Shown: positions 57,622 to 64,000 of the stretch, piece by piece | Layout of the letters: the number at the start of each line of letters is the position of its first letter | Numbering within the stretch: position 1 is the stretch's first letter | From: Zancudomyces culisetae HAW-14-8 | Taxonomy: Eukaryota; Fungi; Kickxellomycota | DNA length: 64,000 nt | NCBI GenBank assembly: GCA_052426225.1 | Contig: JBNJNM010000021.1 | Coordinates: 2,232,001-2,296,000 of the forward strand | Direction of reading: 5' to 3' | Notes under the pieces: generated by a model | The model's input: only the letters and a program-made list of their open reading frames with translations | The model's database searches: none | What the model was told of the DNA's origin: nothing | Made by a program: the position numbers and the translations under genes

Positions 57622-60600
57622 TCAAGGAATGATCGTACCGGTCAAATTTTTCATACCTCGTTGGTCGCCTATGGAAGATTGTAAATTGCTAGAACTAACT
57701 ATAGGAATTCCGTTTTCGTTGTTATAAATTTTTAGTCGATCACCGTTGACAATGTCGTAGTTATCGTCAGTGTCCTTTATTATGTATGTCCCCTTTCCAT
57801 TTGGTCGTACTATAAGATATGGTCCACTCCATCTTTCGTCAAATTTCGAATTTACTACTTCGTTAAATTTTAAAACTAAATTCCCCGATTCGAATATCTT
57901 TTCAACAACCTTCTTGTCGTAATTACGCTTTTCATACTCTTTGTTTTTAGTAACTTTATCGACTGCTATATCTCTTAGGTAAGGAAGTTCGTTTTCGGTA
58001 ATTTTTGTTCGTTCTATAATAGATTCTTCTAAATCTACATTCGTATCTATAGTGTTAAAAGTAATGGGTGTAGTTAAAGATGTTCCATATAATAGTTCAG
58101 AAGGTGATTTGTTAGTTGATCTATTTTTGGTAGTTCGCAAAATTAGTAAAGTCTTCCACAAATATTTGTCCCAATTGCTTTTATCATTTTTACATATTTT
58201 AGACAAAACATTTTTTATCGACTGGTTGTATCGTTCAACTTGTCCATTTGATTTCGGTCTATACGAAGTTGTTGGAGTATGATTTATTCCTAAAAACTTA
58301 TAAAATTCGGTAGACACATCACTCAAGAAATTAGAGCCTCTGTCGGTAATTAGTTGTTTGGGTACTCCGTAATGTGATTCAATTTCTGATACTAAGAAAT
58401 CTACAATAATATTTGATTTTATATTATCCACAGCTTTCGCAATTGGCCATTTGGTCAAATAATCCACAGCAGTTATTATATATCGATTTCCTTGTTTTGA
58501 AATTGGGTTGATTGGTCCAATAACATCAAGTCCAAAAATTTCGAATGGATTTTTTGCAATAATGGGTGTGAAAAAGTTGTTATTTGAAGATGATCCTTTG
58601 TATCTTTGACATAAATCGCAATAATTCACGACCAATTTCGTGATTTCAAATAAATTAGGACCAGTAAATTTCTGTTTTATTTTTTCCCAAGTGTTATTAA
58701 TTCCTAGATGGTCTTCTTCATGGTATTTTTTGATTGTTTCTTTAGAATTTATCTCGTTCAAAACTTGTCTATTTCCAAATTTACTTGAAAACTTAAACAA
58801 TTCGTTATTTATCAACTTGTATCTATTCGCTTGCATTCGTAGTTTTTTTCTAAACAACTCGTCGGCATTATTGGGATAAGTATTATTTGTTAGTAAATTT
58901 TTGATTGCCGTATATTTTAGAATATCCATTGTGAAGAGAGCATTCTCTTTGTATTTATTCATTAGTATTTTGTTGTTCTTTTTAACCTTGTCATTATTTT
59001 CGATTTCGTTTTTTTTTTCGTTGATGTTTTCGTTTTTGTTTTCGTTTTCGTTTTCGTTTTCGCTTTTGACTACATCTAGTTCTTTTACTTCAATATCTGC
59101 ATTATTTATTTTTAAATTATTATCTTCCTCCTTATATAATAAAAATGTACTATTGCTTACTCCGGCAGTTGGAAGACATCTTGATAGAAGGTCAGCTGGG
59201 TTGTCTTTGCCTTTGCGGTGTTCAAGGGTGTAATCATACTCCTTTAAAATAACTGCCCATCTGGCTAGACGCCCAGTAGCTTCTTTTGAATCAAATAAAC
59301 GGATAAGAGCAGAGTGGTCTGTAACGATTTTAAACTTATGTCCCCAGACATAATTCCTAAACTGTTTGACTGCATAGATCACTGCCAGTCCTTCAAAGTG
59401 AGTAATCGAATAATTTCTTTCGCTTTTAGATAGTCCTCTACTTCTGAACTCTATTGGGTGTTCGTTACCATTTTGTTCTTGACTTAAAATAGCTCCTATC
59501 CCGGTAATAGATGCATCCGTAGTAATAATAAAAGGTAAGTCCCAATTCGGGTGAACTAATATTGGTGCAGTGGTAAGTTTTTGTTTTATGAGGTTTACTG
59601 CTTGTTCACATTCAACCGTCCATGCCCATTCTACGTCTTTTCTTAGTAAGTATGTTAGAGGTTTAGTTATTTTGGTGTAATTCTCAATAAATTTTCTGTA
59701 ATAATTAAACGTCCCTAAGAAACATTGTAGTTGTTTAACATTGTTAGGATTAGGAAGATTAGTCATAGCGATAACTTTTTCTGGGTTTGTAGAGAATCCT
59801 TCCTCAGTTATGACATGACCTAAATATTCTAATCTTCTTTGTCCGAATGTGCACTTATTCTTGTTTAATTTAATTCTATTAGCTTTAAGAAGTTCAAATA
59901 CTCTGGCAAGATCGTTGGCATGTGAGTATATATCTTTGGAGTATATAATAATGTCATCAACATATACTACTGCACACTTCCATAGAACTGGACCTAAGAC
60001 TCGTTCCATCAGCCGTTGAAAGGTTGGAGGGCTGTTGCAAAGACCGAAGGGCATTACATTGTAACAGTATAAACCTTCGCCTGGAATGCTGAACGCGGTT
60101 TTATGCTTATCCCCCTCCTTTAATTTGACTTGCCAGAATCCTGAAAGTGCGTCAAGTGTACTGAAAATTTTTGAACCTGTGAGTGCTTCAAATATATCGT
60201 TTATATCTGGTAATGGGTAATTATCTTTTTTAGTAACTGCATTTAACTTTCTATAGTCTGAACATATTCGTAAAGATCCATTCTTTTTCCAAACTGTGAC
60301 AACGGGAGCACTCCAATCTGAATAACAAGGTTCAATTATGTTTTTCTTTTTCATTAACTCTATTTCTTTTCGAACTAATTCTTTCATTGCATTAGGGATC
60401 CGATAAGGTTTTAGTTTGATGGGTGCAGCATCTCCAGTGTCTATTGAATGTTCTAAAACATTAGTCACTGTAAGTTCAGTATATTCCTCTACTAACTGAT
60501 CCGCGTATTTATGTATAACGTCTTCTAATATCTCGTCAATCTTTGTTGATATTTCCTTGATAACTTTAGTTTCTTTTCCTATACCGAATAGCTCCAAGTC

Positions 60601-62403
60601 CTCAGATTCATTGTCCCAAGTTTGCGCGTTTAGCTCTTTGCTAACTAGTAGGGGTAACATAACTTTGTTATTGTTTTTAGTTATAGTCAAACTATTTGTT
60701 CTCAAATCTACTTGTGCTGTAAATTTAGACAACCAATCCATTCCCAGTATAAGAACGTTATTTGGTAAGTCCATTATTAGAGCCTCAGTTTCAAACTCTA
60801 CATTTGCTAGTCTTATCGGTAATTTACTGACTTTTCCTAATGTCATATGTCTACTACCATCAGCTGTTATTATGTATTCGTTAGGATCCATATCTGGAAA
60901 AATACCAAGCTTATCTGCCATTGCCGTTGCAAGCACACTACAAGCTGCACCCGTGTCAATAACCGTAGGTACTGATTTTCCATATATGTGTACGTTTGTT
61001 TTGCAATTGGTAGTCTTTTGATTTGATATTGTGCCAACAGTCCTTTCGTTGTTAATCCTATTGTTGAATCTTTCCAGTTGTGTCTGTACTATAGGGGCGA
61101 TATTGATTAACTGTGGAATACTGATTGAGGCTTTCACTTTTGCTAGGTCTTCCATTATTGAGTAAGGTTTAATTACAGAATTATTATTTGAATAGTTTGC
61201 TCTGTTTTGTTCCTGTCCCAACCTATTTGTACCTGGTGATAAATTCAAATGTTGTTGTGGCTCTGTTTCTGCAACGGTCTGACTTGGTTGTACCTCATTA
61301 GCTTCTTCGCTCAAGTCTGCTTCAATTCGTTGGTTTGGCCTTTTTCTCCTACGGTTTGTTTCTTCAACTATTGAGTCAGTATTTTTGTTAATTTTTCTTT
61401 TTTCTGTGATATAAACCTCATTATCTATACTATTTGGATTAGATCTAAACGATTCAACTTCCAGACAATTGATCTCTTTCTCGGCTACTGTAATACCTCG
61501 GGCTTGTCCTTTAGCATTCCCTTGGCTCATCTCAGTTTGTGGTTGGTCCTTTGGTTCCCAATTATTATTTCTATGACTATCACCATAAGATCTGTTTTTA
61601 CCATTATAGTGTGGTCTAGATTTTTGGTATTCTCGCTTCTCCTGTGGGTTGTAAGTATGTGATGATCTAAATCTGGATCCGTTCATTTCTTTTAACATAA
61701 AAGAACTAATCTGATTAAATTTGTCAATTAGAGTTTCAATATCAGAAGGCTGTATGTTCAGTCTGTCCCGTCCATTGTCTTCAATCTTCTTACTACTAGT
61801 TTGGGGTCTGTTATCGAAGCATATGTTATCCACGAGTTCTTCCTCAATTAGTAAGTTGACTGCTTCTTCATATGTTTTTACTTTACTTTTCATTACTAGT
61901 TTTCTTTGGTTAGGTGCTACTGCTTTCATTAAATATTTAATTTTTTCTTTATCGCCACAAATGTTTGCGCGTCTTGCCGTTACATCTATTCTAATAGATA
62001 AGGATTCTACGTCTTCACCTTCCTCCTGTCTTATCTCCTGCATTTCATTCCATGCTTTGTACTCTTCTTCCTCACCTGCGAACTTCTCATTAAACTTCTG
62101 CTTAGTATCCTCCCATGATGCAAAGGATGTATACATTCTATCATACCATGTTCTTGCTTTTCCGACTACGTAATTCTCAAGCTTTTCAATCTTATTTCCA
62201 TCACTCCATCCATTGTTTATTGCTGCCATCTCATATCTTTTTAACCACTTTTTAGGTTCAAGTTCTTCGAGCGGGTTAAACTTCTCTGGCTCCATAGTCA
62301 CTCTTTGCATGTTACAGAGTTGCTGTAATATCATGCTGTCCATACTTTTTTTTTCTTCAGAAATAGCCATTCTAGGCTTTGCCTTGGGTTCTGGTATTGT
62401 CAT
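57622..62403 (-). CDS. Gag-Pol polyprotein of element 2 (1593 aa)
   Basis: Gag 'PEKF...WLKRYE', protease DTGA, RT YVDD, RNase H TDAS, integrase 'HEEDH...CDLC' with D-D35-E, and 'WSGPYLI'. No CCHC knuckle or chromodomain seen. Confidence 0.97.
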   Translation of the reverse strand: MTIPEPKAKPRMAISEEKKSMDSMILQQLCNMQRVTMEPEKFNPLEELEPKKWLKRYEMAAINNGWSDGNKIEKLENYVVGKARTWYDRMYTSFASWEDTKQKFNEKFAGEEEEYKAWNEMQEIRQEEGEDVESLSIRIDVTARRANICGDKEKIKYLMKAVAPNQRKLVMKSKVKTYEEAVNLLIEEELVDNICFDNRPQTSSKKIEDNGRDRLNIQPSDIETLIDKFNQISSFMLKEMNGSRFRSSHTYNPQEKREYQKSRPHYNGKNRSYGDSHRNNNWEPKDQPQTEMSQGNAKGQARGITVAEKEINCLEVESFRSNPNSIDNEVYITEKRKINKNTDSIVEETNRRRKRPNQRIEADLSEEANEVQPSQTVAETEPQQHLNLSPGTNRLGQEQNRANYSNNNSVIKPYSIMEDLAKVKASISIPQLINIAPIVQTQLERFNNRINNERTVGTISNQKTTNCKTNVHIYGKSVPTVIDTGAACSVLATAMADKLGIFPDMDPNEYIITADGSRHMTLGKVSKLPIRLANVEFETEALIMDLPNNVLILGMDWLSKFTAQVDLRTNSLTITKNNNKVMLPLLVSKELNAQTWDNESEDLELFGIGKETKVIKEISTKIDEILEDVIHKYADQLVEEYTELTVTNVLEHSIDTGDAAPIKLKPYRIPNAMKELVRKEIELMKKKNIIEPCYSDWSAPVVTVWKKNGSLRICSDYRKLNAVTKKDNYPLPDINDIFEALTGSKIFSTLDALSGFWQVKLKEGDKHKTAFSIPGEGLYCYNVMPFGLCNSPPTFQRLMERVLGPVLWKCAVVYVDDIIIYSKDIYSHANDLARVFELLKANRIKLNKNKCTFGQRRLEYLGHVITEEGFSTNPEKVIAMTNLPNPNNVKQLQCFLGTFNYYRKFIENYTKITKPLTYLLRKDVEWAWTVECEQAVNLIKQKLTTAPILVHPNWDLPFIITTDASITGIGAILSQEQNGNEHPIEFRSRGLSKSERNYSITHFEGLAVIYAVKQFRNYVWGHKFKIVTDHSALIRLFDSKEATGRLARWAVILKEYDYTLEHRKGKDNPADLLSRCLPTAGVSNSTFLLYKEEDNNLKINNADIEVKELDVVKSENENENENKNENINEKKNEIENNDKVKKNNKILMNKYKENALFTMDILKYTAIKNLLTNNTYPNNADELFRKKLRMQANRYKLINNELFKFSSKFGNRQVLNEINSKETIKKYHEEDHLGINNTWEKIKQKFTGPNLFEITKLVVNYCDLCQRYKGSSSNNNFFTPIIAKNPFEIFGLDVIGPINPISKQGNRYIITAVDYLTKWPIAKAVDNIKSNIIVDFLVSEIESHYGVPKQLITDRGSNFLSDVSTEFYKFLGINHTPTTSYRPKSNGQVERYNQSIKNVLSKICKNDKSNWDKYLWKTLLILRTTKNRSTNKSPSELLYGTSLTTPITFNTIDTNVDLEESIIERTKITENELPYLRDIAVDKVTKNKEYEKRNYDKKVVEKIFESGNLVLKFNEVVNSKFDERWSGPYLIVRPNGKGTYIIKDTDDNYDIVNGDRLKIYNNENGIPIVSSSNLQSSIGDQRGMKNLTGTIIP

Positions 62404-62467
62404 AATATGTTATAGTAATTTAAACTATTATTTTATTTTATTATTTATCCTTTAGACTAACAAAAGA

Positions 62468-62485
62468 GTCCTGGCTGGATCACCA
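62468..62485 (-). promoter_or_regulatory. Primer binding site, tRNA-Arg(ACG)-like
   Basis: TGGTGATCCAGCCAGGAC(TC), 5 nt after the 5' LTR. Its complement GAGTCCTGGCTGGATCA-CCA resembles the 3' end of eukaryotic tRNA-Arg(ACG) (...CCTGGCTGGCTCG-CCA). Confidence 0.7.
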
Positions 62486-62490
62486 TATTC

Positions 62491-62876
62491 TGTCGTATGT
62501 TTTTAAAACTTTTATTATAATTTATATACTACAGTACGACGAGGCTGAGTATATATTAATTTTGGCTCGGTACTCTTTTATAGTCTTTTAGTATAAATTG
62601 TTTTATTTAATAATATATAAACGCTATGATTTTGAGTGAATTTCGAACAAGATTCCTTAGAATCTTGTTTCGTCGTATTTAAAGGTTTTTTCCTAAAATA
62701 GTTTATACTATTATGAAAGTATTAATATATAAACATAGTAATAAAATATAAAATATAGACAACGTTGAACCACTAATTGTAGCAAAAACCACAATGGTGA
62801 AAAGGCCACTTTAGGACAATGGTTCAACGTTGGTCCTTTCTTAGCGTGTGTGTAAGTATTATAAACACACACGACA
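62491..62876 (-). repeat. Element 2 5' LTR
   Basis: Direct repeat of 57227-57612. Confidence 0.97.
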
Positions 62877-62883
62877 AAAATAA

Positions 62884-62954
62884 GCGTTAGTAGTATAGCG
62901 GTAGAATAGTTGCCTTCCAAGCAATTGGCCCGGGTTCGACTCCCGGCTGACGCA
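62884..62954 (+). tRNA. tRNA-Gly(TCC)
   Basis: GCGTTAG/CTGACGC acceptor stem, anticodon arm TTGC-CTTCCAA-GCAA and GGTTCGACTCC B box; 71 nt. A T-run terminator follows at about 62958-62963. Confidence 0.96.
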
Positions 62955-63364
62955 ATATTTTTTGTTTAATTGCTATTTTTGCAATGTAATGCTTGCTTTG
63001 TGCCATTACACTACATGTCCATTATCACTATATATGTTTGTTGCTTTCATAACACATTATATTTCCAACTGTCAGTCTTGTTGGTTTACACATGTTAGCA
63101 ATTACTTATTTTATGCTGAGTATCTTATTTTGTTTTTTAGCCCCTTTATTTTTTATGACATTGCTTATTTTCTATTGGTATTTCTAAAAATATTGGAGAT
63201 TAATATAATATTTATTTTTGGTGTTATGTATTGCAGTTTATTACACATTTCATTATGGTACTTTTTTAATTTGCAAACTATTAAAGTACGACAAGGGTCA
63301 TATATCTTAGATACATAACTAAATAAAACTATTAAAAATATATACACTCCTAAAGTTATAATAA

Positions 63365-63937
63365 ATGTGGAAAGTTTTCGCAAAACCCCCGACCCCAGAG
63401 GAAACGGTAATGAATTTGGATGCTGTTTTATTATTACTTTGGTTTATTGTGTTTGTATTCAATTTATACCTTTACTTTTACAAACAAATTTCTTTGCTGT
63501 ATAAATTTTATGTCCATCTTCAATTCCTGTGCAAGTAATTAGTATACGAACTACACAATTGTGATACTGAATAGGTTCGAAAATTAAGAAGCGATTTAAG
63601 AAAGGAGGAACGAGATCTGAACAGACAAATTAGCCGAATCGAGGCACAGGAAGCAAAGACAAGAGTATCAATTAAAGAGCTAGCTAGAAAAAATGAACTA
63701 AATCTGTGTAAAACACTGGCAAAAGAACTGTGTAAGAGCAAAAGACAAAAGGACAGAATCATCACATCCAAAGCACAACTAAATAGCTTATCGATGGAAC
63801 TGCAAAGAAGCTTAGCTCTGAAAAAGGTGTCAGGATCACTCCAAAAGAGTGTACATGTTATGAAAGTTATGAACAATCTTGTCAGAGTTCCAGAAATAGA
63901 AATGGCCATGCAAGAAATGTCGAAAGAGATGCTCAAA
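63365..63937 (+). CDS. VPS24: ESCRT-III subunit Vps24/CHMP3, first two exons (63365-63406, 63575-63937); continues past the window
   Basis: 'MWKVFAKPPTPEET|VRKLRSDLRKEERDLNRQI...CKTLAKEL...SKAQLNSLSMEL...VSGSLQKSVHVMKVMNNLVRVPEIEMAMQEMSKEMLK'. Both introns are phase 0. This gene is absent from the ORF track. Confidence 0.93.
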
Positions 63938-64000
63938 GTACGTTTTCTTATTACAAACTATTTCTTTACCTTTACTTTTAATAATTTTCATATTTCATAC

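Larger units (their letters stand above)
57227..62876 (-). mobile_element. Full-length Ty3/Gypsy LTR retrotransposon (element 2, 5650 bp, a different family)
   Basis: 386-bp LTRs at 57227-57612 and 62491-62876, identical by eye. PBS at 62485-62468, PPT GAGGAGGGGG at 57623-57614, AAAA flanks, and a single intact ORF. Confidence 0.98.

Noticed and set aside
63520-63936. 138-aa minus-strand ORF
   Set aside because: Antisense shadow of VPS24 exon 2.

Overview
AT-rich eukaryotic DNA with GT-AG introns and a fungal gene set; an early-diverging fungus is my guess, not something the sequence proves. Positions 1-50 kb hold about 16 mostly housekeeping genes: Trs65-like, mitochondrial L21, SLU7, a divergent RPS9/RPL21 pair, EDE1, GLT1, a SMYD protein with degenerate SAM-binding motifs, TBCB, PMT, PI31 with a homopolymer frameshift, a MEF2-type MADS factor, and several orphans. 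A tRNA-Asp/tRNA-Leu pair is separated by only 4 nt. The highlight is 51.9-62.9 kb. Two different, intact, very young Ty3/Gypsy retrotransposons (tRNA-Pro-type and tRNA-Arg-type PBS) sit tail-to-tail in one A-tract immediately upstream of a tRNA-Gly gene, the proximal LTR ending 7 nt before the mature 5' end, and the gene's original TATA is displaced 11 kb away. This indicates repeated Pol III start-site-targeted integration. The two LTRs have otherwise unrelated U3 sequences but share a covarying hairpin with a U-rich internal loop that resembles an ENE poly(A) triple-helix element. VPS24 begins at the right edge.
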